Source of the DNA: Armatimonadota bacterium
GTDB taxonomy: Bacteria; Armatimonadota; UBA5829; DTLH01
Assembly (NCBI GenBank): GCA_038207085.1
Contig: JBBRAE010000003.1
Coordinates: forward strand, 32,001-96,000
Reading direction: 5' to 3'
DNA: 64,000 nt
Shown here: one piece after another, positions 19,648-28,598 of the stretch
Layout: each line of letters opens with the position of its first letter
Numbering within the stretch: position 1 is the first letter of the stretch
Notes under the pieces: generated by a model
What the model was told of the DNA's origin: nothing
The model's database searches: none
The model's input: the letters and a program-made list of their open reading frames with translations, nothing else
Position numbers and translations under genes: made by a program

Positions 19648-21828
19648 ATGATAATACGAAGAAACGATTTCCAGATTCAGCGCGTGCAGGAACCGAGTCA
19701 GACCATTCCTGAAGTATGGACGCCTCGGGAGCGCGAGGTTATGAGTATGAACGACTTTTCCGCGATGCTCAGGCGCAGAATCCTCACCATAGTCGTCGTC
19801 GCGGCAGTGATACTTGGCGCGGGAGTATACTACACGCTGACCAGGCCGCCGATATATGAATCGACGGCAAAGATGATGGTCATTACACCAAAGAATACCG
19901 CGGCAGTCGTAGGCGATGGCAGGCTGATAAGCGACCTTGAGGCCCTGAAGGGCGCAAGAAACGCCGACACTCAGGTCGAAATCATCACAAGCCCCGATAC
20001 CATCCAGGTCGCGGCCAAGTTGATCCCCGAAGACATCCGAAAGTACGGACTCGGCGGGACCGAGGTGCCGCCATGGGCCTATCGGGTCGTCAAGCGAAAG
20101 GAATCGGATATCATCACAGTGACAGGCAGGGCCTACACCCCCGTTGCTGCGGTTCAGATCGCAGAAGCGCTGATCAAGGCGCACTTCCAGAAGGACCTGG
20201 AGCGCAACCGACTGGCAACAAAACAGGCCCGCCAATACGCTGAGAACGAGATGCTCTCGGCCAAGAACGAGCTCTCCGCTGCGCGGATCCAACTTGCCCA
20301 GTTCAAGACCGTCACGGGTCTCTACGCACCTGAAACGCAGATGAACGCCTCAGCCGAGCGCATGACGACGCTCAACGACGAGCTCTCAGGCGCCCACGCC
20401 GACGTAGAAGCCGGACGAAGACAGATGGCCACGCTCCGCTCGCAGCTTTCCGGGCAGAGCGAAACGGTAGTGTCGGGCACCGTCGTCACTGACAACCCGC
20501 AGTTTACAGCCGCAATGAACAGAATCGACGCACTCCAGAGCGAACGGGCGCAACTGATACAGGAGTTCACCCCCACAAGCCGCGAGGTGCAGACGATCAA
20601 CGACCGCGTCCGGCGCGAAGAGGCAAGGCTGCGAAGCATCGCAAAGACGACGGTAAGTTCCGAGCAGATGGCGCGCAACCCTGTCCGGGAGAACGTAACC
20701 AACCGCTACATTGAGACGCTTGCAGCATACTCCGCCGCAACCGCCAGAATGAACGCGCTCGAACGCCAGGTGAGTCAAGGAAAACGGGCAGTCACGAGCC
20801 TGCCCGAACACGAACGCCAGCTGAACGAGCGCCAGCAGAATGTCCAACTTCTTCAGAGCAGGTACGAGTCGCTTTCAGGCAACTATCACACGCTGCTCCT
20901 AAATGAGCAGTCAATCATGCCAAGCGGTATGAAGTTCGCAAATGCGGGGTTGCCGACCAAGGCATCGTACCCGAACAAAATCGCAAACACCCTGTTCTTT
21001 ATGATCCTGGGCATCGCGTTCGGCATCCCCGTGGCGATCCTCGCCGAACGAAGGGACAGCCGCCTGCACGACCAAAACGTGATCGACCGCTCGACGGGGC
21101 TCCCGTCGCTTTCCGTGATCCCAAGGGCAAAGGCCGACTCCGTCCACATACGTGATGGCTCAAGCGCCGACGGAGCTACCATAGAGAGCTACCGGATACT
21201 GCGAAACAACATCCTCTTCGCATCAGCCGGAGATCACTTGAAAGTCCTTGCAGTCACAAGCCCCGGACGGGGTGAAGGCAAGTCGACAACCACAATGAAC
21301 CTAGCCGCGACAATGGCAATGGAAGGCAAACGCGTCCTGATGGTCGACGCCGACCTCCGCCGCCCGTCGCTCCACCGAGTGCTTGGAGTAAGCCGCGAAA
21401 AGGGCCTGACAGGCGTGATCGGCGGCAATGTGGCGCTTGAGGACGCGATAGTCGAAACCAAGACATCAAACGTCTTCCTGCTCCCGGCGGGGCCATCATG
21501 CCAGAACCCGGGCGAAACTCTGAACTCCGCACCAAGTCGCGAGCTATTCCGAAAACTTTCGGGGATGTACGACCTGGTCCTGGTCGACTGCCCGCCGAGC
21601 ACGGGGTTATCAGATGTGCAGATCATCTCGACGCTTTCAGACGCAGTGCTGCTGGTCGTATCGATGCACCAGTCGCTTCGCCCGCAGCTTGAGATCACCC
21701 TGCAGACACTCGCCCGAGCAGGCGCGCCGCTCATAGGAACGGTACTCAACCGTGTGGACATACGGTCTAGCGATTACTGCTACTACTACTCCCAAGACGA
21801 GTATAAACAGGACAACGAACAGAGCTAA
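19648..21828 (+). CDS. Polysaccharide co-polymerase/BY-kinase (Wzc-like)
   Basis: Two TM segments flank a coiled coil; ESYRILR, Walker A SPGRGEGKS, VDADLRRP, LVDCPP, C-terminal Tyr cluster DYCYYYSQDEY; true start may be 19741. Confidence 0.9.
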   Translation: MIIRRNDFQIQRVQEPSQTIPEVWTPREREVMSMNDFSAMLRRRILTIVVVAAVILGAGVYYTLTRPPIYESTAKMMVITPKNTAAVVGDGRLISDLEALKGARNADTQVEIITSPDTIQVAAKLIPEDIRKYGLGGTEVPPWAYRVVKRKESDIITVTGRAYTPVAAVQIAEALIKAHFQKDLERNRLATKQARQYAENEMLSAKNELSAARIQLAQFKTVTGLYAPETQMNASAERMTTLNDELSGAHADVEAGRRQMATLRSQLSGQSETVVSGTVVTDNPQFTAAMNRIDALQSERAQLIQEFTPTSREVQTINDRVRREEARLRSIAKTTVSSEQMARNPVRENVTNRYIETLAAYSAATARMNALERQVSQGKRAVTSLPEHERQLNERQQNVQLLQSRYESLSGNYHTLLLNEQSIMPSGMKFANAGLPTKASYPNKIANTLFFMILGIAFGIPVAILAERRDSRLHDQNVIDRSTGLPSLSVIPRAKADSVHIRDGSSADGATIESYRILRNNILFASAGDHLKVLAVTSPGRGEGKSTTTMNLAATMAMEGKRVLMVDADLRRPSLHRVLGVSREKGLTGVIGGNVALEDAIVETKTSNVFLLPAGPSCQNPGETLNSAPSRELFRKLSGMYDLVLVDCPPSTGLSDVQIISTLSDAVLLVVSMHQSLRPQLEITLQTLARAGAPLIGTVLNRVDIRSSDYCYYYSQDEYKQDNEQS

Positions 21829-21970
21829 AACTCACTTTGGGTGATCAATATATACTGCTGACGTGACAACACTTGTTTGATGGGGTAATGCTAAGGGGTT
21901 GATCAAACTGCCACTCGCCCGCAGTACAGAACAAAAACATACCCTTAGCGATGGAGGTCCGAGGAAGATC

Positions 21971-23941
21971 GTGGGACATAAGTCACGAATCCTTAAGTTA
22001 AGGCTGCGCGGCCCGGTAATAGCGCTAGTCATCGCCGACGTATTGGCGCTCGCCTTCTCCATCCTGGCGGCGCTGCTGCTTCGGTTCGACGGTGCCACAT
22101 GGCCCGATGTCTACAACCGCTACGTGGGAAACCACCTGACAAGTATGCCATTTGTCGCCGCCTTCTATATCGGCGCACTGGCAGTGTTTCGGATGTACAA
22201 ACGCGCGTGGCGGTTCACGAGCCTCGACATGCTCTGGGACGTGATCGGCGCAAACACCGCTGGTGTCGCCGGGATGATGGTCATCCAGATGATGTTCGAC
22301 GGCAGCCATTTCCCGCGCTCTGTGCTCGTGATGGTATGGGGGTCAGCTATCATGCTGACCGGCGGAATCCGGGTGTTCCTTAGGATGATGAGCGTGCTGC
22401 ACAAATACTCGGGCAAAGAGGACCGCCCATCAGTGCGGGAAAGCCGCCGCAAGCGGGTGGTTATCCTCGGCGCCGGGGCCGACGGCGCAAGCATCCTGCG
22501 AGCTATCCGGGAAGACCCGTACCTGGAATACGACGTGATCGGTTTTCTCGATGAAGACCCCAACAAGATGGGCGTCTACATCAGCAACGTGCGGGTAATC
22601 GGTTCGCTTGAGATGCTAAAGAAACTCGCAGACGATGGGACGATCGATGAGGTCATCGTCGCCCTTCCCGAAGACGCCTGTGAGAAGGTCCGCGAGTATG
22701 TCCTTGATTGCCGGGGCAAGCGCGTGGCGGTGAAGAAGGTGCCCCAGCTCCGGGATACGCTGATCGGCAAGACTGCGATCCAGATGGTCGACTTCGGGAT
22801 CGAGGACTTACTCGGACGCGCGCCGGTGAGCTCGAGCGTCGCGACCATTGGGACCTATATCAAGGGCAAACGCGTGCTTGTGACCGGTGCGGGCGGGTCG
22901 ATCGGCTCAGAGCTCTGCCGACAGATCATGCAGATGGAACCGGCGGCGCTGATCCTTCTCGGTCACGGTGAAAACTCGATCCACCTCGTCCACCAGGAGC
23001 TTCAGGCAAGGTACCGCAACCTGGCGGAGCGACTGAGCTACGTAATCGCAAGCGTATCGAACAAGAACCGAATCGACCAGGTGTTCAAACAGCACCGACC
23101 CAACATCGTCTTTCACGCGGCGGCCCACAAACACGTGCCCATCATGGAGCTGAACGAGCAAGAGGCCGTCAGCAACAACGTCCTTGGCACGCATCACGTG
23201 GCCGACGCCTGCGGGCGCTACGGAGTCGATCGGATGGTGCTGATCTCCACTGACAAGGCCGCCGACCCCTGCAGCATTATGGGGGCGACGAAGTGGCTTT
23301 GCGAGGAAGTGCTGCGCGCGTCTTCGCACATCCACCAGGGCACCTCCTACGTCGCAGTGCGGTTCGGCAACGTGCTTGGCAGCCGGGGGAGTGTTGTCCC
23401 CGTGTTCAAAGAGCAGATACGGCGCGGCGGGCCGGTGACTGTGACTCACCCGGACATGACCCGCTACTTTATGACCATTCCTGAGGCTGTTCGGCTGGTC
23501 CTTCAAGCGGGAGGAGTGGGCAGGTCCGGTGAGCTGTATCTGCTCGACATGGGGAACCCTGTAAGAATAGTCGACCTCGCGCGGGATATGATCCGGCTCC
23601 ACGGCTTCGAGCCCGATGTCGATATCGAGATCGCCTACACGGGAATGCGCCCAGGTGAGAAGCTTCACGAGACTCTGACGGCGTCCGGCGAGGACATTCA
23701 CCGCACCAACTGGGAGGGCCTCTACCACATCAAGCGCCCGCAGTACTTCGTGACCGACGAAGTCTTGGACGCGCTGGTGCATCTGGAGCGGGCAACATCA
23801 AGAGGGTCGTCAGCGGACGTCCGCCGACTGCTGAATCAGCTGATCCCAAGCCAGTGCACTGTCCCCGTCACAGAGTTACAGCAAGAGCTCGAAGAGAGCC
23901 TGGAACACGAGGGAGAATCCCCTCTGCGTTACCACATGTGA
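21971..23941 (+). CDS. Membrane-anchored UDP-GlcNAc 4,6-dehydratase (PglF/CapD/WbpM family)
   Basis: N-terminal TMs; VTGAGGSIGSEL, HAAAHKHVP, ISTDKA, MGATK, RFGNVLGSRGSV; frame is open from 21899. Confidence 0.92.
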   Translation: MGHKSRILKLRLRGPVIALVIADVLALAFSILAALLLRFDGATWPDVYNRYVGNHLTSMPFVAAFYIGALAVFRMYKRAWRFTSLDMLWDVIGANTAGVAGMMVIQMMFDGSHFPRSVLVMVWGSAIMLTGGIRVFLRMMSVLHKYSGKEDRPSVRESRRKRVVILGAGADGASILRAIREDPYLEYDVIGFLDEDPNKMGVYISNVRVIGSLEMLKKLADDGTIDEVIVALPEDACEKVREYVLDCRGKRVAVKKVPQLRDTLIGKTAIQMVDFGIEDLLGRAPVSSSVATIGTYIKGKRVLVTGAGGSIGSELCRQIMQMEPAALILLGHGENSIHLVHQELQARYRNLAERLSYVIASVSNKNRIDQVFKQHRPNIVFHAAAHKHVPIMELNEQEAVSNNVLGTHHVADACGRYGVDRMVLISTDKAADPCSIMGATKWLCEEVLRASSHIHQGTSYVAVRFGNVLGSRGSVVPVFKEQIRRGGPVTVTHPDMTRYFMTIPEAVRLVLQAGGVGRSGELYLLDMGNPVRIVDLARDMIRLHGFEPDVDIEIAYTGMRPGEKLHETLTASGEDIHRTNWEGLYHIKRPQYFVTDEVLDALVHLERATSRGSSADVRRLLNQLIPSQCTVPVTELQQELEESLEHEGESPLRYHM

Positions 23942-23995
23942 GAGCGAGACGGTCCTCCGGGGTATATAACTAATGAGTTTCAATGATTGTTACTA

Positions 23996-24038
23996 CCCCT
24001 CACCCTCACCCTCTCCCCCTAAGGGAGAGGGTGAGGGG
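23996..24038. repeat. REP-like palindrome family A, copy 1 (others at 58256-58304 and 61841-61888)
   Basis: CCCCTCACCCTCACCCTCTCCCCCTAAGGGAGAGGGTGAGGGG; all three copies begin TACCCCTCA and end TGAGGGG. Confidence 0.8.
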
Positions 24039-24078
24039 ATACCAACGAAACTCTGTCCCTACATTGGAGGACGCTGAA

Positions 24079-24366
24079 ATGACTATCATCGAGTTTCTAT
24101 TACTGCTCCTGATCGCGGCAGTCGCAGGCGCGATAGGGCAATCCATAGCGGGTTACGCGGCTGGGGGATTTTTGGCAGCTACGGCAATAGGCTTTATCGG
24201 AGCGCTTCTTGGCATGTGGATCGCCCGATCCACCGGGCTCCCGGAGCCGTTTGCAATAAACATAGGCGGCAGAACGTTCCCGGTGCTCTGGGCAATAATC
24301 GGAGCCGCACTCTTCTCTGCGATAATCCGACTCATCACCTCCCCGACAAGACGTTACCACGCCTGA
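24079..24366 (+). CDS. GlsB/YeaQ/YmgE family small membrane protein
   Basis: ATG after GGAGG; Gly-rich TM helices IGFIGALLG and WAIIGAALF. Confidence 0.8.
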   Translation: MTIIEFLLLLLIAAVAGAIGQSIAGYAAGGFLAATAIGFIGALLGMWIARSTGLPEPFAINIGGRTFPVLWAIIGAALFSAIIRLITSPTRRYHA

Positions 24367-24408
24367 TTCGTGTATTGGCCGGGTAAAAACCGGCCAATAC
24401 GCAATACA

Positions 24409-25737
24409 TCACTTGTGCTTAACCATCCCAAGATAGACATTCGGCACGAAGTGCGGGCTGTGCTCGGGTGTATGGCAGTCCTTGCACGCCTCGCGGATGC
24501 CTTTGGTTTCGTGCTTTGCCTTGTGGCCCGCACCGTGCGGCAGGACATCGGCGTGGCAGGACATACACTCGACCCCACCCAAGCCATCAGTCCCCTTGAC
24601 GCTCCGCTCGATCCTCCGATACATCTCGGAGTGGCATGGCAGACACTCGGGAAGCGTCTTGTTCTGCTTCTCAAGCGTGGTAAGCGCCGTCGCGTGCTTG
24701 GTCGTTTTCCACTGATCGTACTCCGCCTTGTGGCAGGACATACAGGTCTGGTAGCTGTAATAGCCTTCCTTGGGAGTCGACACATGCGTCTCAGTCGTGA
24801 TCGGACCCGGCGTCGACCCGGGGCTGATATTGACGATTCTCGGTGCCTGGAAGTCCTTGACCATCTTCAGGACATCGGCGTCCTCCGGGCAGCTTTCGTC
24901 GATGCCGACCCGTTTGTAGGTCTTCTTCTTGGTAGCACCGTTGATCTCGATGTCCACCTGTGCGATGGCGTTGCCCTGCACGCTGGTCGGGACGATCATC
25001 GTCTCGCCAACCATCTTGGGCTCTACGAGAATCATATTGCCAGTGCCGCCGAGGATGATATCCGGCGCACCGTAGCGTTTGGTGATCTTCTCGATCCACG
25101 CGTCCGACGCCACTTTGCCCTGGTCGAGCACGATCAAGACGTCCGACTTCTGCCGCGCTTCAGCGTAGACCTCATAGCGCTCTTTCAAGAGCTTATAGTC
25201 GTCGATAGCGCCATCGGGAAGCGTCCCAAATGAGACGACACCCACCTTCACCCCGCTGAGGTCGCGGATGATAAACGGCTTGGCGCCGGCCGCCTCGGGA
25301 GCGCCGAGGTTCACTACCGGCATCGACTTATCGTTCATGACCTTATAGAAACTGTCACCAAAGCGCAGGTCAGTCGGCCCGACGCCGACCGCCGAGTAGC
25401 CCATAGCTTTCAGCGCATCGATGACGACCTCAAGCTGACCCGTCTGGGTGTTGGTCATGTTGGGATAAGCGAGGTTTCCGCTTTCCACCGCAATTGTTCT
25501 GGGGTTTTCAGCTCTAAGCTTCTTTATGTAACCAGCTCGTCGAGGCAGACCGCCCGACTTGTGGCCGCCTCACCCACACGGTTCAAGCGTGCCGACCGTA
25601 TCGTTGCTCAAAATGACGGAGATTTTGGAAGGAAGCGAGCTCGCGGCATCAACCGCCCCCGCCACCCAAACAAAAGCCGCCAAAAGAGTCACGGCAAACA
25701 ACGCCCGAACCGCTGCAATAAGATATCTTTTAGTCAT
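24409..25737 (-). CDS. Secreted selenoprotein (Sec56 in a CxU motif): UshA/5'-nucleotidase-like N-terminal domain fused to a tetraheme cytochrome c (c554-like), 442 aa
   Basis: ATG at 25737 starts a signal peptide and reads ...ILSNDTVGTLEPCG-TGA(25572-25570)-GGHKSGGLPRR..., in frame with the ORF-track 24409..25488 frame. Four CxxCH motifs: CMSCH, CLPCH, CMSCH, CKDCH. A SECIS-like hairpin follows the TGA. Confidence 0.88.
25533..25569 (-). promoter_or_regulatory. Bacterial SECIS-like element
   Basis: The mRNA after UGA reads GGCGGCCACAAGUCGGGCGGUCUGCCUCGACGAGCUG. GUCG/CGAC and GGC/GCC stems close a GGUCU apex, with a CGGC/GCUG lower stem. Confidence 0.8.
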
Positions 25738-25773
25738 ATCAACCCACTTTGCAACAGAGTTCGTAACAGTGAC

Positions 25774-25802
25774 AGTCTACCCACAGTTGAGTAAGATGTC
25801 AA
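25774..25802 (-). promoter_or_regulatory. Sigma70-type promoter of the selenoprotein gene
   Basis: TTGACA-17 nt-TAGACT, ending 36 nt upstream of ATG 25737. Confidence 0.7.
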
Positions 25803-25838
25803 CATATATAGGAACGAACTCAGGGGTTTGAGGACAGG

Positions 25839-26081
25839 AATTAGCTTCGAGTGTGTTGGCATGTGTCGAATCTTTGGGTGGAGCGCACGTTTCGAGAGCC
25901 TCAACGTGATGGGGTTTGGATTGATCAAATATGGGAGATGGTGGTCGATCATCCTGAGCACCGTCGAAGGGTGAGCGCGGTACAATCCCTCACATGTCAC
26001 CCAGCCCCAAACCCCTCACCCTGAGGCTCTCGAAGGGTGCGCTACACAAATCTATCGGCGTACTACAACCAAGGGAAGCTA
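25839..26081. repeat. Cluster of repeat family C (TCAcCCTGAGnnnnTCGAAGGGTG): inverted copies at ~25839-25919 and ~26006-26081 enclose a third at 25949-25977
   Basis: TCACCCTGAGGCTCTCGAAGGGTGCG is identical at 26016-26041 and 31960-31985; reverse-complement variants at 25880-25919 and 52229-52257. Confidence 0.75.
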
Positions 26082-26110
26082 GCAAAATCCCCCAATTCCC
26101 CTCCCCCCAT

Positions 26111-26140
26111 TTGCCAAACAGGAGCATTTGGTAGTACACT
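26111..26140 (+). promoter_or_regulatory. Possible sigma70-type promoter of nadE
   Basis: TTGCCA-18 nt-TACACT upstream of nadE. Confidence 0.4.
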
Positions 26141-26151
26141 TCCCGTATCAG

Positions 26152-26211
26152 ACCGGTGGCGCTATCAGCGCCAGCCATTAAGAGACGGCGCGCATGGCGC
26201 CGTCGATCTGG
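26152..26211. repeat. 60-bp two-hairpin element, copy 1 (copy 2 at 35869-35927)
   Basis: ACCGG-TGGCGC(tatca)GCGCCA-GCCATTAAGAG-ACGGCGC(gcatg)GCGCCGT-CGATCTGG. Confidence 0.8.
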
Positions 26212-26224
26212 AGGATTCAACTAG

Positions 26225-27973
26225 TTGGAAGAACGAACTGGGGCTATGCACGGCAGGCTTCGGCTTGCACTGGCGCAGATCAACGCATGCGTGGGCGACC
26301 TTCGGGGCAACACGGACAAGATCATCGAGAATATCGAAAAAGGCAGGAAGGCCGGGGCCGATATCGTCGTATTCCCCGAGCTTGCGATCACCGGATACCC
26401 GCCGGAGGACCTATTGCTCAAGCCTTCGTTCCTTGAGGGCAACCTCGCCGCACTCGACGAAGTCCGGGCGGCGTCTTATGATATCACGACGATCTGCGGG
26501 TTCGTCGACGTGCTCGACGACATCTACAACGCCGCCGCGGTTATCCACAACAGCCACATCGCCGGAGTCCACCACAAAGTTTTCCTCCCGAACTACGGAG
26601 TTTTTGACGAGTTTCGATACTTCCAGAAGGGCACTTCCACCCAGGTCTACAGGCTCGGCGGGCCGCTATTCGGCGTCTCGGTCTGCGAGGATATGTGGTA
26701 CCCTGACGGCCCGCACCGCGCCCAATCTCTTGCCGGGGCACAGGTGCTGATAAATCTCAACGCAAGCCCGTTCTACTCTCTCAAATGGAAATGGCGCGAG
26801 GGCATGCTCGCAACGCGCGCGGGCGACAACTCCGCATTCGTCGCTTACGTGAACATGGTCGGCGGCCAGGACGAGCTCGTTTTCGACGGCCATTCCGTGG
26901 TCTTCGACCCAAGAGCCCGGGCGATCATCCGCGGCAAGGCGTTTGAAGAGGAACTGGTCGTAGTGGACATCGAGGTCGGAAGCGCGTGGCACACCAGACT
27001 CGCCGATCCCCGGTGGCGGCAGGGAGCGGCGCACAAGAACGCCGATTACCCCGTCGAATTGATCGATCTCGGCGCGCAGAAGGGCTCTGAGAGGCCGACC
27101 ATCCCCGAGATCACGGTCATAGAACCGCCTGAGAGGGTCGAAGAGGTATACAAGGCGCTTGTCCTTGGCACGCGCGATTACGTCCGCAAAAACAAGTTCA
27201 AGCATGTAGTGATAGGGCTGTCCGGCGGCATCGACTCGGCGCTCACGGCTGCGATTGCGGTCGACGCGCTCGGCGCGGACTCCGTCACAGGCGTCACGAT
27301 GCCCTCGCAGTTCACCTCCACCGCTACACTCAGCGACGCCGAGGAGCTCGCGAAGAACCTTGGGATCGAGCTCCACACCATCCCGATCAAAGACGTTTTT
27401 GAGAATTACAAACAGGCGCTAAAGCCCGTTTTCGGCGACCGCGAACCCGATGTCGCCGAGGAAAACCTGCAGGCCCGCATTCGAGGCAACTACCTGATGG
27501 CGATCTCGAACAAGTTCGGCTGGCTAGTCCTGACGACCGGCAACAAGAGCGAGATGGCAACCGGCTACGCGACCCTCTACGGCGACATGGCCGGAGGTTT
27601 CGCGGTGCTGAAAGACGTGCCCAAAACCCTAGTCTATGAGCTTTCCGACTATCGAAACAGCCTGGGCCTCGTGATCCCGCAGACCACAATCGACCGAGCG
27701 CCGTCCGCCGAGCTTCGGCTCGATCAGAAAGACGAGGACTCGCTCCCGCCCTACTCCATCCTCGACCCGATCATCCACATGTACGTGGAGGAAGACGCAG
27801 CGCCAAGCGAGATAATCGAGCGTGGCTACCCAGAGGAATACGTCCGCCGCGCAGTGCGGCTGGTCGACGTAAACGAATACAAACGCCGCCAGGCCCCCCC
27901 CGGCGTCAAGATCACCCCAAAAGCTTTCGGCAAAGACCGCAGGCTCCCGATCACAAACCAGTTCAGGGAATAA
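26225..27973 (+). CDS. nadE: Glutamine-dependent NAD+ synthetase
   Basis: Nitrilase domain (VFPEL, LPNYGVFDE, VCEDMW) plus synthetase domain (GLSGGIDS, ENLQARIRG, TTGNKSE, EYKRRQAPPG); alternative start at 26246. Confidence 0.97.
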   Translation: MEERTGAMHGRLRLALAQINACVGDLRGNTDKIIENIEKGRKAGADIVVFPELAITGYPPEDLLLKPSFLEGNLAALDEVRAASYDITTICGFVDVLDDIYNAAAVIHNSHIAGVHHKVFLPNYGVFDEFRYFQKGTSTQVYRLGGPLFGVSVCEDMWYPDGPHRAQSLAGAQVLINLNASPFYSLKWKWREGMLATRAGDNSAFVAYVNMVGGQDELVFDGHSVVFDPRARAIIRGKAFEEELVVVDIEVGSAWHTRLADPRWRQGAAHKNADYPVELIDLGAQKGSERPTIPEITVIEPPERVEEVYKALVLGTRDYVRKNKFKHVVIGLSGGIDSALTAAIAVDALGADSVTGVTMPSQFTSTATLSDAEELAKNLGIELHTIPIKDVFENYKQALKPVFGDREPDVAEENLQARIRGNYLMAISNKFGWLVLTTGNKSEMATGYATLYGDMAGGFAVLKDVPKTLVYELSDYRNSLGLVIPQTTIDRAPSAELRLDQKDEDSLPPYSILDPIIHMYVEEDAAPSEIIERGYPEEYVRRAVRLVDVNEYKRRQAPPGVKITPKAFGKDRRLPITNQFRE

Positions 27974-28181
27974 GCACCAACCGATGTCAGTTCAGTTGGT
28001 CGGGGGAATCCGTCCCCCGACCCCGTTCCGCGGACTCCATCCGCCAACAAACGCTGGACCAACACTCACGAATTCGCCCTAGGCCTGCATTGTTGGGTGG
28101 CGATTTCCGAATCCCGAATGGCGTAATGCAGGCTAGCGATGAACAGGGTGCCGAATGCGTCAGATTTAAGTTAACCCAACA

Positions 28182-28598
28182 CTAGACCGATGTTACGGAG
28201 GGGTCAGTCTTGGGAGCATACTTGAGCCACGCCTCAGCCGCACCGGGACGGAGCATCACCCACAGGCTGTAAGCTCCAAGCGTGAGCTCGACCACAGCCG
28301 GGAATATTTTCACCTCAAAAAGCGACACCACTCCGACTAGCAGGAGAAACCCGCCAAACCCGAGCGCAACGGAGCGCGCCCAGGGTTTCTTGCTCAAAAG
28401 CCCCACACCGCACTTTATTTCCGTCCCAAACGCGATGACGAGGACGAACACCACCCCAAGCACCCCCGGAGGAAAATCAGGCGTCAGTGCCGATATGCCT
28501 GCAACGATCATCGTAATGAGCGCGATCATCAGCCCGGTAATCACATAGATCCACCCAAGCCCCAAGAAATGTGACTCGAAAGTATTTGGTTTAAACAA
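28182..28598 (-). CDS. Hypothetical membrane protein (~4 TM)
   Basis: Overlaps the stop of the upstream peptidase gene; hydrophobic helices; GLLSKKPWARS. Confidence 0.7.
   Translation of the reverse strand: MFKPNTFESHFLGLGWIYVITGLMIALITMIVAGISALTPDFPPGVLGVVFVLVIAFGTEIKCGVGLLSKKPWARSVALGFGGFLLLVGVVSLFEVKIFPAVVELTLGAYSLWVMLRPGAAEAWLKYAPKTDPSVTSV

Noticed and set aside
24370..25233. 287-aa + strand ORF
   Set aside because: Antisense shadow of the selenoprotein-cytochrome gene; no recognisable motifs
25489..25737. Pseudogene or nonsense-mutation reading of the in-frame TGA
   Set aside because: The TGA falls at a Cys-equivalent position, is followed by a SECIS-like hairpin, and both flanks are intact
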